This document shows positions 39,763-51,184 of a DNA stretch of 64,000 nt, one piece after another. The position numbers were made by a program, and so were the translations under genes. The notes beneath the pieces are model-generated. The model was not told where the DNA came from. It ran no database searches and worked only from the letters and a program-made list of their open reading frames with translations. The stretch lies in the NCBI GenBank assembly GCA_050014195.1, contig JBEKDT010000002.1, positions 160,001-224,000 on the forward strand, given 5' to 3'. The DNA is from Desulfomonilia bacterium (lineage in GTDB: Bacteria > Desulfobacterota > Desulfomonilia > UBA1062). Numbering within the stretch: the first letter of the stretch is position 1; every line of letters starts with the position of its first letter.

Positions 39763-40986
39763 ATGATCAGAATCAATGAAAACTACCTGAAGCTCAGACC
39801 GTCATATCTGTTTTCCGAAATATCCCGCCGCGTGGAGGCTTTCCAGGAGGCTTACCCCGGCAAAGATATCATCCGGCTCGGTATCGGCGATGTCACCCGG
39901 GCCCTGCCGAAATCATGTATTAATGCCTTTCACCTTGCCGTGGAGGAAATGGCATCAGACAGCACCTTCAAGGGCTATGGTCCTGAGCAGGGGTATGCTT
40001 TTCTCAGAGAAAAGATCGCCCGGTATGATTATCAGTCCAGAGGGGCCGAGATACATGCAGACGAGATATTCGTCAGCGACGGCGCCAAGAGCGATACGGC
40101 CAACATCCAGGAGATCTTTTCAGGTGATATACTCATCGCAATCCCCGATCCGGTCTACCCTGTCTACCTCGACACCAATGTCATGGCAGGCCGGACAGGC
40201 GACCTTGGAGATGGGAGATATAAGAAAATCATCTACCTTGACAGCACTGCGGAAAACGGCTTTGTGCCCGGTCTTCCGAAAGAGAAGGTGGATCTCATCT
40301 ACCTGTGCTTTCCCAATAACCCGACAGGCGCCGTCATTACAAAAGATATGCTGAAGCAATGGGTGGATTATGCACGGCACAACAAGGCTCTGATCCTCTA
40401 TGACGCCGCCTATGAGGCATTCATCAAGGATGAGTCGCTCCCCCGGTCCATCTATGAGCTGGAAGGCGCCAGGGAGGTGGCCATCGAGTTCAGGAGCTTC
40501 TCCAAGACTGCAGGATTCACCGGGACAAGGTGTGCCTACACGGTTGTGCCCAAATCCTGCATGGCCTACGACAGTGCCGGTGGAACACATTTCCTGCATT
40601 CCTTTTGGAACAGGCGGCAGGCCACAAAGTTCAACGGCGTCTCCTACCCTGTGCAAAAGGCTGCTGAGGCGGTCTATTCAGAAGAAGGCAGGGCCCAGGT
40701 AAAAGAACTCATCGGCTACTACATGAACAATGCCTCCCTTATCAGGGCACGTATGCAGCCGCTTGGATACACATGCACGGGAGGAGAGAACTCGCCCTAT
40801 ATCTGGGTGAAGACTCTCATGGACTCCTGGGATTTCTTTGACATGCTCCTGAACAAGGCAGGAGTCGTGTGCACCCCGGGCTCCGGTTTCGGCAGGTGCG
40901 GACAGGGCTATATCCGCATCAGTGCCTTCAACAGCCATGAAAACGTAGAAAGGGCGATAGAGAATATAGAGCAGGTTTTGAAATAA
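39763..40986 (+). CDS. dapL: LL-diaminopimelate aminotransferase
   Basis: [40 protein letters not shown]. Confidence 0.95.
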   Translation: MIRINENYLKLRPSYLFSEISRRVEAFQEAYPGKDIIRLGIGDVTRALPKSCINAFHLAVEEMASDSTFKGYGPEQGYAFLREKIARYDYQSRGAEIHADEIFVSDGAKSDTANIQEIFSGDILIAIPDPVYPVYLDTNVMAGRTGDLGDGRYKKIIYLDSTAENGFVPGLPKEKVDLIYLCFPNNPTGAVITKDMLKQWVDYARHNKALILYDAAYEAFIKDESLPRSIYELEGAREVAIEFRSFSKTAGFTGTRCAYTVVPKSCMAYDSAGGTHFLHSFWNRRQATKFNGVSYPVQKAAEAVYSEEGRAQVKELIGYYMNNASLIRARMQPLGYTCTGGENSPYIWVKTLMDSWDFFDMLLNKAGVVCTPGSGFGRCGQGYIRISAFNSHENVERAIENIEQVLK

Positions 40987-40994
40987 AATCTTTC

Positions 40995-43900
40995 TCAGCT
41001 CATTATACGCAGGATAGCATCTGCCAGCTCGGATCTTGAAAACGGTTTGAGCATGTATTCATGGATACCCGTCCTTTGTTCCTGCAGTTCCTGCAGCGCC
41101 CCTTCAGAACCGGAACACACAATAACAGGGAAGTCTTTTCGGATCTCATGCACACGAGTTGCCAGCTCATGACCCTTCATCAGCGGCATTACCTGGTCGG
41201 TTATCAACAGGGAGAACTTATCCGGATCACTCCTGAAAAGGCTTAAGGCCTCCTGGGGATCAGTGGTTGCAGTAACGCGGTATCCAATATGAACGAGGAG
41301 CTGATGGATACTGCGCAATTCCGCATTGTTGTCATCGACCAAAAGGATATGTTTCTCGTTGTGTCCGTTCATATTCAGACTTGATATAAGAGTCTGATTC
41401 CCGGAATCAAGATACAGCGGGAAGAAGATCTCGAATGTTGCCCCCTTTCCAACCTCGCTGTGAAGGAGTATCGAGCCTCCGGCATTCTTTACCACCTCAT
41501 GCACCACGGCGAGACCAAGCCCGGTGCCTTTGCCCGACTTCCTGGTGGTAAAGAACGGGTCGAATATCTTGTCTTTTATTTCCGGGCTGATCCCATATCC
41601 GGTGTCACGAACAGTGAGTTTAACGTATCTCCCCGGGGTGAGATCATTGACAAAGGCTTGAGAGGCTTTTGCGATCTTTGTTTCCTTGAGTGTGACACTG
41701 AGAGACCCTTTGTCGGACTTCATGGCCTGCATCGCATTGGTGCAGAGATTGAGAATCAGCTGATATATCTGGGTCGGTTCTGCCTGTACAAGACTTTTTT
41801 GGGTGGTTATCGATTGCCTGAATTTGACATCAGGAGGGAGAGACCGAATGAAGAAGGCCAGGGCATCCTTGACAACAGGACCAACAACAACGGGTTTAGA
41901 GAGAGATTCTTTTGTGGCGCCGAACAACTTGATCTGCTTGACCAGGTTTTTCCCGAGCTGTGCTGCATCGATTATCTGATCAAGGTACTCCCGCTCCTGT
42001 GTCCCTTTAAGAAGTGTATCCGATATGAGCTCTGAATTAATAAGAATAGGCTGAAGCACATTATTGAAATCGTGGGCTATTCCACCTGCCAATTTACCCA
42101 GCGCCTCTATTTTCTGTGCTTGGATGAGTTGAGTCTCGAGTCTATTCTTTTCTTCTTCCGCCCGCTTGCGTTCGGTTATGTCCTTCACCGTGTGAATGAC
42201 TCTAATGATTTCTCCTTTGTCGTTAACTACCGGGTCCACAGAGGCAAGGAACCACAGGTCTCTTGTTTCATCATGATGTTCAACCTCCTCATGTCTTTTT
42301 GTCTTCAACGTCTTTGCCAGAGGACATCCATCAATGGGCCCATCCGTATTGTGCATCAGGGAGAAGCAGTGGTTATTGGTAATCTTATCGAGGGGCAGGT
42401 CGAAGAAAGAAGCAGCAGCGGCATTCACCCGGTAAATCTTAAAATCCTCATCAAGGATCATCACATGATCTTTAATGGAGTCAAAGGTGACCTGCCAGTC
42501 GCGTGCGGCTTTTCTTAGCTCTTCATCCAGATGCTTTCGCTCGGTAATGTCAAAGAGGGTCGACCGGCTCAAGACATACTTGCCTTCATTGTCTTTAACG
42601 GCAGTTGCGTTCAGGAGCACCGGCATGATGGTACCGTCTTTGCGTATCATCTCGAATTCGAGATTGTTGATCCATCCTTGCTCTTTGAAACGGGGAAAAC
42701 TATCCATAAAGGTCTGTAGGCTTTCAGTGGTGAGGATGTCTAAAAACCTCATCTTTCGGACGATTTCTTCTCTCGTGTACCCGAGCCATTTAAGCTCGGT
42801 GTCGTTTATCCGGACAAAGAAACCGTCTTTGTCCAGTGAGTGATAGCCGCACGGTGCACTGTTATAAAGATCGTGAATCTCTGCAGAGGATTGCTGAATG
42901 GCCTCCTCCGAACGTTTGCGCTCGGTCACATCATTCAGTACGTAGACCAGAAAGGCTATTTCGCCGACATCATCAAACACGGGATAGAGAGACAGGTCCC
43001 AATAAGAAACCCCCCACTCCGGATGATCGGGAAAGACAAACGGCCTTGCAAAGACATTATACGGCTCTTTCGTTTCAATAACCCATTGAAACTTTTCTTT
43101 CAGTTCATCCGATGGGTAATATTCGAAGTGGTTATGGCCGGGGAATTCCGATACATCTCGATGACATACCTTGGCATATGCATCATTCACACGAATGAAG
43201 TTGAAATCCCTATCAAGAAATACCATACAGGTGGATGAATGTTTGAAGAATGTCTCTAATTCTCTCGTTTTTTCTGAGAGAATATTTTCCGTCCGCATGC
43301 GCTCGGTGATCTCGGCCTCTAATGCTTGAATGGCATTGACCAGCTTTTCTGTTCTTTCTTGTACTTTCAACTCAAGCTCGTCGTGCGCCATACGAAGCGC
43401 CTCTTCCGCCTTCGCATGCGCTACGCGCAACCTGATCGCTGTTATTCCATACGCAAGGTCATAGGCCAGTTCAGTAAGTAATTTCACCTCATCTTCCGAG
43501 AATGTATCCGGTTCTCTTGAATATATGGTTATTGCACCGAAGGCCTTGCTGCCTTCCATAAGAGGAAGGACTATTGAAGATGCATACCCTCGCTTTCTTG
43601 CCTCTTCACGCCAGGGCTTGAAGAGGGGGTCGGTCAGCATATTCCTGCACGTACTTACTTTCCCTGTTCTGATAGCCGTGCCCGTGGGCCCCCGGCCGCG
43701 TTCGGTATCCGCCCAGGTGATGTTCAATCTTTTGAGATATCCTTCATCAAAACCGGCATGTGCTACTACCCGGACGGTTTTGCCTTCATCCTCTTCGGCA
43801 TACCCTATCCACACCATGGCATGACCGCAGTCTTTCACTATAACCCTGCATACTTCCTGCAGGTACTCTGATTCGTCTGTTGCATGCATCATGGCCTGAT

Positions 43901-44375
43901 TACTATTACTGAGTGCCCTGAGTGTCCTGTTGAGCCTGCTGAGTTCCTCTTCCCTTCTCTTATTTCCGGTGATATCGCGTATGATGATCTGAACAGCAGG
44001 CTCGCCCTGGAAGTCGATCATGCCGCCAACGGACTCAACATATATTACCCGACCGTCAAGACTCAGCATCCTGGTTTCCTGCAAGGGGAGTCTCTGTCCT
44101 GCAAGTCCCTGTCGCATCCGGGACTCCATTACGTCTTGTTCGTCCGGATGAATCAGTTCGAGAACGGTCTTTGCCTGAAGTTGTTTGAGAGTTTCTGCGC
44201 CGTAGAGCTTCAGTGCAACCGAATTTGCGTATAAGAATTTTCCGTTACGGTGCACGATGACGCCGTCAGGAAACGATTCAACTAAAGACCGGTAACGCGC
44301 CTCGCTTGAGCTCAATTCCTCTTCAGCCCTCTTGCGTTCTGTATCGATGCCGGTCTTCTTTAGTTTTTCAACCAT
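40995..44375 (-). CDS. Cytoplasmic PAS/GAF hybrid sensor histidine kinase
   Basis: PAS, GAF (GRGPTG), further PAS domains, [22 protein letters not shown] receiver. Confidence 0.92.
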   Translation of the reverse strand: MVEKLKKTGIDTERKRAEEELSSSEARYRSLVESFPDGVIVHRNGKFLYANSVALKLYGAETLKQLQAKTVLELIHPDEQDVMESRMRQGLAGQRLPLQETRMLSLDGRVIYVESVGGMIDFQGEPAVQIIIRDITGNKRREEELSRLNRTLRALSNSNQAMMHATDESEYLQEVCRVIVKDCGHAMVWIGYAEEDEGKTVRVVAHAGFDEGYLKRLNITWADTERGRGPTGTAIRTGKVSTCRNMLTDPLFKPWREEARKRGYASSIVLPLMEGSKAFGAITIYSREPDTFSEDEVKLLTELAYDLAYGITAIRLRVAHAKAEEALRMAHDELELKVQERTEKLVNAIQALEAEITERMRTENILSEKTRELETFFKHSSTCMVFLDRDFNFIRVNDAYAKVCHRDVSEFPGHNHFEYYPSDELKEKFQWVIETKEPYNVFARPFVFPDHPEWGVSYWDLSLYPVFDDVGEIAFLVYVLNDVTERKRSEEAIQQSSAEIHDLYNSAPCGYHSLDKDGFFVRINDTELKWLGYTREEIVRKMRFLDILTTESLQTFMDSFPRFKEQGWINNLEFEMIRKDGTIMPVLLNATAVKDNEGKYVLSRSTLFDITERKHLDEELRKAARDWQVTFDSIKDHVMILDEDFKIYRVNAAAASFFDLPLDKITNNHCFSLMHNTDGPIDGCPLAKTLKTKRHEEVEHHDETRDLWFLASVDPVVNDKGEIIRVIHTVKDITERKRAEEEKNRLETQLIQAQKIEALGKLAGGIAHDFNNVLQPILINSELISDTLLKGTQEREYLDQIIDAAQLGKNLVKQIKLFGATKESLSKPVVVGPVVKDALAFFIRSLPPDVKFRQSITTQKSLVQAEPTQIYQLILNLCTNAMQAMKSDKGSLSVTLKETKIAKASQAFVNDLTPGRYVKLTVRDTGYGISPEIKDKIFDPFFTTRKSGKGTGLGLAVVHEVVKNAGGSILLHSEVGKGATFEIFFPLYLDSGNQTLISSLNMNGHNEKHILLVDDNNAELRSIHQLLVHIGYRVTATTDPQEALSLFRSDPDKFSLLITDQVMPLMKGHELATRVHEIRKDFPVIVCSGSEGALQELQEQRTGIHEYMLKPFSRSELADAILRIMS

Positions 44376-44609
44376 TGGTTCCCCCAAAGGTGAGCCTCAA
44401 CGATCGAATTCATTGTTGTCAAAGGGATAAGAATCCGTCTTCGATACTTGTAAGGGAATGAAATATTTTTCATATTTATATGTACAAACATAGTGATGAT
44501 AATGCACAAACTACCCAAATGCAACAAAACATAAAAACTGAATCACTGATCATCATTTACGGCTTATTGCTTGACATCAGGGGCCTATCATGGCTTATTT
44601 CTATCAGGT

Positions 44610-45338
44610 ATGATCACCTTCAAGAAGGTCAACAAGTGGTTCGGCGAACTCCATGTCCTCAATGACGTGGATTTTCACGTGGATGCAGGTGAGGTAGTGG
44701 TTATCTGCGGTCCCAGCGGATCGGGCAAGAGTACCCTGATCAGATGCATCAACAAGCTCGAGCCCATTCAACAAGGCGAGATCTATGTAGACAATATGCC
44801 CATCCATGACCCGAAGATCAATCTGCGGCGAGTAAGGGAAGAGATCGGTTTCGTGTTCCAGCAGTTCAACCTCTACCCGCACATGACCGTTCTTAAGAAT
44901 ATCACACTGGCTCCCATCCATGTGCGCAAGCAGAAAAAGGAGGAGGCCGAAGCTTATGCCCACATGCTGCTTGAAAAGGTCGATATAGCAGAGAAGGCCA
45001 ATTCCTACCCCGACCAGCTTTCCGGTGGTCAGCAGCAGCGGGTTGCCATTGCCCGTGGATTAGCTATGCGCCCCAAAATCATGCTCTTTGATGAGCCTAC
45101 TTCTGCCCTGGACCCCGAGATGATCAACGAGGTGCTCGATGTCATGAAGACACTCGCCCGTGAGGGAATGACCATGATCGTGGTCACGCATGAGATGGGG
45201 TTCGCCCGCGAGGTAGCTCACCGGGTGGTCTTTATGGACGAAGGCCAGCTCATCGAAAGCGCGCCGCCCGACAAGTTCTTTAGTGAGGCACGGCACGAGC
45301 GCACAAAACTATTCTTAAGCAAGATCTTGACCCACTAG
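44610..45338 (+). CDS. Polar amino acid ABC transporter ATP-binding protein (GlnQ-like)
   Basis: [34 protein letters not shown]. Confidence 0.95.
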   Translation: MITFKKVNKWFGELHVLNDVDFHVDAGEVVVICGPSGSGKSTLIRCINKLEPIQQGEIYVDNMPIHDPKINLRRVREEIGFVFQQFNLYPHMTVLKNITLAPIHVRKQKKEEAEAYAHMLLEKVDIAEKANSYPDQLSGGQQQRVAIARGLAMRPKIMLFDEPTSALDPEMINEVLDVMKTLAREGMTMIVVTHEMGFAREVAHRVVFMDEGQLIESAPPDKFFSEARHERTKLFLSKILTH

Positions 45339-45387
45339 GGGTCTCTACGCATTCTATATAAGAGACATCCTAATAAAGGAGGAGGAT

Positions 45388-46239
45388 ATGAAGAGGATAT
45401 TTACAGGGGTACTCGTCACACTGGTTTTCATGGTACTTGCAGGTCCCACACTTTGTTATGCCGGTACCACCTATGACAAAGTCAAGAAAGACGGAGTTGT
45501 CCGCGTGGGCATGATGTACAACAGCATCCCCGCAGCATACTTCAATGACAAGAATGAGTGGGTGGGCTTTGATGTGGACATAGCCGAAGAGGTGGTCAAA
45601 AGGATCGGCGCTTCAATGGGCAAACAGCTCAAGGTGGAACGGGTCAAGGTGAACAATATCTCGAGGATCTCCATGCTCACGTCAAACATGATCGACATGT
45701 CCGTTGCCAACATGACCCATAAACGCGAGCGCGATAAGACCATCGACTTTTCCATCACCTATTTCTTCGACGGCCAGAAGATCCTTGCCAAAAAAGGTAA
45801 ATTCAAGAGCCTCAAGGATTTCAAGGGCAAGAAGCTCGCATCACAGCAGGGCACCACGAGTGAGAAGAACGCTGTAGCCCTCCTAAAGAGACTCGGCGAC
45901 CCGAATGCGGAGAAGGACGTCATCAGCTTCCAGGATGAACCTTCCTGCTTCCTTGCCCTCCAGCAGGGCAAGGTGGCCGGCTGGACAACCGACAGCACTA
46001 TCCTGTTGGGCTATGCGGCAAAGGACCCCGGCAAGTATGAGCTTGTGGGTGAATTCTTCAGCAGTGAGCCATACGGCATCGGCATGCCGCAGGACGATAG
46101 TGCATGGCGCGGCGCCATCAACTTCGCCCTCCAGGATATGTGGGCTGACGGGACCTACAAGAAGATCTACGACAAATGGTACGGCCCCACCACACCCTAC
46201 TTCTTCCCTTTGACCGAAAAAATCGAGATGTGGCCGTGA
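45388..46239 (+). CDS. Polar amino acid ABC transporter substrate-binding protein
   Basis: Signal peptide, GFDVD, R...IDFS..YF, EPYGIG; AAGGAGG RBS. Confidence 0.92.
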   Translation: MKRIFTGVLVTLVFMVLAGPTLCYAGTTYDKVKKDGVVRVGMMYNSIPAAYFNDKNEWVGFDVDIAEEVVKRIGASMGKQLKVERVKVNNISRISMLTSNMIDMSVANMTHKRERDKTIDFSITYFFDGQKILAKKGKFKSLKDFKGKKLASQQGTTSEKNAVALLKRLGDPNAEKDVISFQDEPSCFLALQQGKVAGWTTDSTILLGYAAKDPGKYELVGEFFSSEPYGIGMPQDDSAWRGAINFALQDMWADGTYKKIYDKWYGPTTPYFFPLTEKIEMWP

Positions 46240-46265
46240 TGGGAGAAAGATAACCGCTATGAACG

Positions 46266-46301
46266 AATCTGCGGTCCGGTCATCCGGACCGCAGATTTTT
46301 T
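46266..46301 (+). terminator. Intra-operon terminator/stabilising hairpin after the substrate-binding gene
   Basis: AATCTGCGGTCCGG-TCAT-CCGGACCGCAGATT followed by a T-run. Confidence 0.8.
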
Positions 46302-46349
46302 AGAGTCTGTTAAAAATCGTCGCTATCGCTGGTGAGAACATAAACTTTT

Positions 46350-48152
46350 ATGAGAGACTCAACCAAGAACCTGCTCCAGCAGATATGTGTTGTATGCGCC
46401 ATCATTGTCGCTGTCTTCCTTCTCTTCAAACATGCACACTTCGATTATAAGTTCTACTGGGCTGTTCTGTGGGAGGTAAACCCCACCTATAAGGAGATCT
46501 TCGGCCTTTGGCTGCTCAAGGGCTTGTTGCTCACGATTGAGATATCTTTGATCAGTACGGGCATCGCCCTGGTCATGGGCACAATCTTCGGCATAGCAAG
46601 GCTCTCGCGATTCACGCCTACCTATGCCATTGCTACGGCTTATGTCGAGTTCTTCAGAAATACGCCCTTGCTCGTCCAACTCTTTTTCTGGTACTTTGCC
46701 TTCCCCCTGGTCCTCCCCGAGAGCCTGAACACGTACCTCAACGCGCATAACTACGAATTCTGGGCCGCCACATGCGGGCTTGGAATCTACACCGGCGCTT
46801 TTGTGGCCGAAGTTGTACGGGCCGGTATTCAGGCCATTCCCCATGGGCACATAGAGGCAGCCGTGTCCTCAGGGCTCACCGGCGCGCAGATGCTGCGTCA
46901 TGTCATCCTGCCCCAGGCATTCCGCATTATCATCCCTCCGCTCGGCAGTGAATTCCTCAATAATATGAAAAACTCGTCCCTTGCCATGACCATCGGCGTA
47001 GGCGAACTATGCTGGAATTCCCAGCAGATCCAGTCTTTCACCTTCCGTGGGTTCGAGGCCACAACCGCTGCATCGCTCATCTATCTGACCGTTTCGCTCT
47101 CCATCTCGCTCATCATGAACAGCATCAACCACCACCTGGCCATCGGCCAGGCAAAGCGGCTCAATACGGTAGACCGTTTCTTCGCCCTTGTCCTCCGCCC
47201 CGTATTCCTGCTCGGAAGGGCGATATCCTCCATTATTACGGCATTGAAGCGACTACTTAGATTTGGAGAGTTTGCCCCGGTACACGAAGAAGCGATTTAC
47301 GCCTCCATCTGGGAGCGATTAGCCGGAAAGATATGGCAGGTGCTCATCTTATCCGCAAGGGTCCTGTTCGTCTTTCTGTTCATCGGTCTTATCTGTCTCT
47401 TGGGTCTTATCGTCTATAAATACAATTGGCACGTGATCTCCTCCAACATCGTATCACTCCTCATCTGGACCTTCCCCCACGGCGGGCCGGGCGAGATCTT
47501 CTATGGTCTCGGCGGGCTTGCCCTGAGTGTGATTCTGGCTTTTATTGCTCTTCTTGTGAGTTTTTTCATCGGGCTGTTCATTGGGCTCGGCAGGCTTTCA
47601 AAAAACCCGCTTGTCTCCACTCCGAGCGTTCTTTATATCGAGGTCATCCGGGGCAACCCCCTCATTATGGTCATCTTCTGGGTCTACTTCTTCTCGCATT
47701 TTGTCACGGGCTTTCAGATGGACGTATTCTGGAGCGCTACAATAGCCTTTACCATCTTCTCAGGGGCCTACCTGGCCGAGATCGTACGTGCAGGTGTGAG
47801 TGCCATTCCCAATGGTCAGATTGAGGCGGCTACGGCATCGGGTCTTTCCTATTTCCGGGCCATGCGGCATGTGGTGCTGCCCCAAGCCCTCAAGATCATG
47901 ATCCCTGCCTTTGTGGGACAGTTCATCTCCCTGTTCAAGGACACCTCGCTTGCCTATATTGTCGGGGTGTTTGAGCTCACCACTGTTGCCCAGACGCTCA
48001 ACAACCGCCTCATGATCTACCCCTTCGAGATCTACACCACCATTGCCGTGCTTTACTTCATATGCTGCTACAGTATGTCACGTTTTGCCCGCAGGCTCGA
48101 GATTAGGTATACGCCCACCAAGAAAGACTACCGTTCCATGAGCATGGCCTGA
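46350..48152 (+). CDS. Amino acid ABC transporter permease with two fused transmembrane domains
   Basis: Two copies of R(N/G)(T/N)PL, AEVVRAG/AEIVRAG, EAA..G, LPQA, K.(S/T)SLA. Confidence 0.9.
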   Translation: MRDSTKNLLQQICVVCAIIVAVFLLFKHAHFDYKFYWAVLWEVNPTYKEIFGLWLLKGLLLTIEISLISTGIALVMGTIFGIARLSRFTPTYAIATAYVEFFRNTPLLVQLFFWYFAFPLVLPESLNTYLNAHNYEFWAATCGLGIYTGAFVAEVVRAGIQAIPHGHIEAAVSSGLTGAQMLRHVILPQAFRIIIPPLGSEFLNNMKNSSLAMTIGVGELCWNSQQIQSFTFRGFEATTAASLIYLTVSLSISLIMNSINHHLAIGQAKRLNTVDRFFALVLRPVFLLGRAISSIITALKRLLRFGEFAPVHEEAIYASIWERLAGKIWQVLILSARVLFVFLFIGLICLLGLIVYKYNWHVISSNIVSLLIWTFPHGGPGEIFYGLGGLALSVILAFIALLVSFFIGLFIGLGRLSKNPLVSTPSVLYIEVIRGNPLIMVIFWVYFFSHFVTGFQMDVFWSATIAFTIFSGAYLAEIVRAGVSAIPNGQIEAATASGLSYFRAMRHVVLPQALKIMIPAFVGQFISLFKDTSLAYIVGVFELTTVAQTLNNRLMIYPFEIYTTIAVLYFICCYSMSRFARRLEIRYTPTKKDYRSMSMA

Positions 48153-48196
48153 TACAAGGGCATAAAGAGGTCTCATCAGGCTTGTTACAGTTTATG

Positions 48197-48370
48197 TGAC
48201 ACAATGTCATGCCGGTGGGCGGATTTTCATTCTTATTTGTCATTTTGTCACAACAAAATCCCGGTAGAAGTGTTCACTTGTCAAAATGACATTTCGCCTT
48301 CAAATATTATCTCATTTATAATCCTAATTTCAATTAGTTACAACGGTTCATCTCGTGGCATGAACATTGC
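48197..48370 (+). promoter_or_regulatory. Sigma-54 promoter (48356-48370) with upstream TGTCA/TGACA enhancer-like boxes
   Basis: TGGCATGAACATTGC matches TGGCAC-N5-TTGC with correct GG/GC spacing; boxes at 48197-48209, 48238-48250 and 48279-48291. Confidence 0.7.
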
Positions 48371-48410
48371 CTTCTCATTCATCAGAGAAATAAAACAAAG
48401 GAGAACGAGA

Positions 48411-48587
48411 ATGATATCACTCTGGATCGTAATTGGTTGCTTGTTCATGACGGGAATCGGGATCAGGTTCATGTACCGCGTGTTGGGGCTCACCCCGGCC
48501 GAAGCAACTGCCGTTTTCGTGCTCATCGTGACGCTGGTGGGTGTTAATTCGGGCCCTGTCAGGCAGATGATCGCACAGCTCTTCTAA
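48411..48587 (+). CDS. Small two-TM membrane protein (58 aa)
   Basis: AAGGAG RBS, ATG at 48411, two hydrophobic segments. Confidence 0.75.
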   Translation: MISLWIVIGCLFMTGIGIRFMYRVLGLTPAEATAVFVLIVTLVGVNSGPVRQMIAQLF

Positions 48588-48611
48588 CAAAGGCATACTG
48601 GAGAAGAAGAC

Positions 48612-48851
48612 GTGAAAAAGGCAATAAAAGACAGGTTACCGAGGAAGCTATCCGGCAGGATAGCCAGGATCAGCGCACTCAGTTTTGTGCTGGTTATCAT
48701 GACATTCCTCGGCCTGTATGTGGGTATGTATGTCGACCAGATCACCCACATGGCGCCCAATTTCACGATGCTTGGACTTATAATTGGTATCGTTATAGGG
48801 TTTAAGGGTTTTGTCGAAGAGGTACTGGTAGAAAGGAGAAAGGAATCATGA
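48612..48851 (+). CDS. AtpZ/AtpI (ATPase gene 1)-like small membrane protein
   Basis: GLYVGMYVD...P.FTMLGLIIGIVIGF hairpin pattern. Confidence 0.7.
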   Translation: MKKAIKDRLPRKLSGRIARISALSFVLVIMTFLGLYVGMYVDQITHMAPNFTMLGLIIGIVIGFKGFVEEVLVERRKES

Positions 48852-48955
48852 CATTCGTATTCATTGGTATCGGCGCTGTTTCCTTCATTGCCATCACTGT
48901 ACGTTTTGCATCGAAAGTGAGCACGAAAGAGCCCGAAGCATCCCGTGTGAAGTAA
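48848..48955 (+). CDS. 35-aa single-TM microprotein (absent from the ORF track)
   Basis: MTFVFIGIGAVSFIAITVRFASKVSTKEPEASRVK*; ATGA overlap with the previous stop; purine-rich RBS. Confidence 0.65.
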   Translation: MTFVFIGIGAVSFIAITVRFASKVSTKEPEASRVK

Positions 48956-48990
48956 ATCCTCTTCCCGGACAAAAGTTTTAAAGAAGTTCC

Positions 48991-49022
48991 AAGGGAGGCC
49001 TTTTCTTGAGGCCTCCCTTTTT
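48991..49022 (+). terminator. Intrinsic terminator
   Basis: AAGGGAGGCCT-N7-AGGCCTCCCTT followed by Ts. Confidence 0.85.
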
Positions 49023-49130
49023 ATGTCTTTTCATCCTTTGGACATACGTCAACCAAAAATGAAATTTATTTGACGGCACGGCCCTGCTTCGCTTAGGCTT
49101 TTGTTACTATCATTGCTTCAGGAGGGTTCC

Positions 49131-49706
49131 ATGATATCACGGATAGATCACGTGTCGCTGGCAGTCAGAGATATTGATGCAGCGTTGCGCTTCTTCACCG
49201 ATCTCCTGGGCGCCGTACCCGGCGCTTCAGGCAAAGACCCGGGTATGAAGTATTACTGGCAGATCCTCTCTTTAGGCGACCTGAGCAGGATTGAGCTCAT
49301 CACCCCCACCGGAGAAGGGAGCTTCCTGGACAACTTCCTTAAAGACAAGAAGGGCGGCGTGCATCACATCACCCTGCAGACCCCCGACATACAAAAGGCA
49401 AAAGAGGCGCTTGAAGAGCATAACATCCCCTTTTTCGGGTTCACCAACTACGCGGAGATATGGAAGGAGATCTTCATTCACCCGAAGCACGCCTTCGGCG
49501 TGCTTGTGCAGCTCGCTGAGTTCAATGCGGACGACTGGATTTCACCGTCCCTCAGGATGCCTAAGGACACTAAATGGACCATCAAGAAAGACGATGACGG
49601 TGTTCAACTCAAGTTCGCGCACCCGGGAGGCGGCGCGGCAAGTATTGTGTTGAACAAGGAGGATGCCGGGCGGCTCCTCGATGAATTAAAAGAGGCCATT
49701 AAATAA
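49131..49706 (+). CDS. VOC family protein (methylmalonyl-CoA epimerase-like)
   Basis: IDHVSLAV, IELI.P, GGVHHI, FIHPK..FGVLVQL.E; C-terminal extension. Confidence 0.82.
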   Translation: MISRIDHVSLAVRDIDAALRFFTDLLGAVPGASGKDPGMKYYWQILSLGDLSRIELITPTGEGSFLDNFLKDKKGGVHHITLQTPDIQKAKEALEEHNIPFFGFTNYAEIWKEIFIHPKHAFGVLVQLAEFNADDWISPSLRMPKDTKWTIKKDDDGVQLKFAHPGGGAASIVLNKEDAGRLLDELKEAIK

Positions 49707-49710
49707 GACC

Positions 49711-51105
49711 ATGAATGTCCTGATCCATGTGGACAATGCCATAAGAATCTTTGAGGCCGATCTGCCATTAGAGGCAGTGCAGGCCATAGAGGCGGACCTG
49801 ACGCTGCCAAATCCCAAGTGGGAGCAGGTGGAGACCTACAGCCGCAGCCGCAGGCGAAATTTCCAGCCCGAATTCATCAGGTATTATAAAAGGAAGAGTG
49901 GTGTGCTCCTCATGCCCAGGGGCTACATCCACACCCTCCGCTCCCGTCTGAAGGACGCCCCCTGCACCATCGTGGACAAGACCCGCTTATTGCCGAGCGT
50001 TCATTTTTCATTCAAAACGCAATTGCATCCCTATCAGATCTCAGCGGTCAAAGATGTCATCGGCAGGAGATTCGGTGTGCTGGAGGCACCGCCAGGTGCA
50101 GGCAAGACCGTCATGGCCCTAGCCGTCATTGCCCAGAGAAAACAGCCCGCACTGGTGATCGTCCACACCAAGGAGCTCATGTACCAGTGGCACAAGCGCT
50201 CGTACGAATTCCTCGGCATCCCTTTGGACGAGATAGGACTTATCGGCGATGGGAACAGCCAGATAGGCGACAGGCTCACCATTGCCATCATCAACTCGCT
50301 CTATAAAGTAATCGATGATGTCAAGCCTGTCATCGGCCACCTCGTGGTGGACGAGTGCCACCACACACCTGCCCGCACATTCACCGAGGCGGTGAGCCTC
50401 TTCGACAGCACCTTCATGCTGGGGCTTTCTGCCACACCGTATAGGAGGGACAAGCTCACCAAGATCATCTACTTCTATCTAGGCGACCGGGCGCACCAGA
50501 TCCATTCCCACGAACTCCAGGCCATAGAGAAGATCATGCGGGCCAAGCTCATATTGCGACATACCAACTGCGCCTACTACTTCGATGCGGACGAGTACCA
50601 GTACATGATCTCGGCCCTGGTGAACGATGGGAAAAGGAACAAGCTCATCGTGGAAGACGTGGTGAACCGGGTCTTTACACCTGAAAGCGGGATTGCGCTC
50701 GTCATCTCGGACCGGGTTGCCCACTGTGAGGATCTCTTCAATGCCATTACCGGCCGCGGGGTCAAGGCATGCCTGCTCACCGGCTCGGTGCAGGTCAAGG
50801 AGCGGGCCCGGATAGTAGAAGAACTTAACAGAAACCAGGCACAGGTCCTGGTCGCAACAGCCCAGCTCATCGGTGAAGGGTTCGACCTCAAGCAACTATC
50901 CTCGATTTTCCTGGCTACACCGATTAAATTCACCGGCAGGGTCAAGCAGTATATCGGCCGGATCCTCAGGGTGACCGAGGGCAAGGAAGACGCGTTTATC
51001 TTTGACTACCTCGACACCAACGGCATGCTCAAGAACAGCTTCGCCTCCCGCATGTCGGCATACTACGATTTGGGTGTGAAGCTGGATTCTGTTAAAGACT
51101 ACTAG
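49711..51105 (+). CDS. Superfamily 2 DEAD/DEAH helicase (XPB/ResIII-like)
   Basis: PGAGKT, DECH, SATP.R.D, EGFD, QYIGRILR. Confidence 0.9.
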   Translation: MNVLIHVDNAIRIFEADLPLEAVQAIEADLTLPNPKWEQVETYSRSRRRNFQPEFIRYYKRKSGVLLMPRGYIHTLRSRLKDAPCTIVDKTRLLPSVHFSFKTQLHPYQISAVKDVIGRRFGVLEAPPGAGKTVMALAVIAQRKQPALVIVHTKELMYQWHKRSYEFLGIPLDEIGLIGDGNSQIGDRLTIAIINSLYKVIDDVKPVIGHLVVDECHHTPARTFTEAVSLFDSTFMLGLSATPYRRDKLTKIIYFYLGDRAHQIHSHELQAIEKIMRAKLILRHTNCAYYFDADEYQYMISALVNDGKRNKLIVEDVVNRVFTPESGIALVISDRVAHCEDLFNAITGRGVKACLLTGSVQVKERARIVEELNRNQAQVLVATAQLIGEGFDLKQLSSIFLATPIKFTGRVKQYIGRILRVTEGKEDAFIFDYLDTNGMLKNSFASRMSAYYDLGVKLDSVKDY

Positions 51106-51184
51106 TGAACAATAATCCATAGCGATATTCACATGATGGAGCAATAATTGAATATACGGTTTTCATTTCATGCAAACTACTTTT

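Noticed and set aside
49073-49088. Sigma-54 promoter (CGGCACGGCCCTGC) before the VOC gene
   Set aside because: GG-to-GC spacing is one base short.
49711-51105. Helicase as part of an anti-phage or restriction system
   Set aside because: No adjacent methylase, nuclease or other defence gene; composition is host-like.
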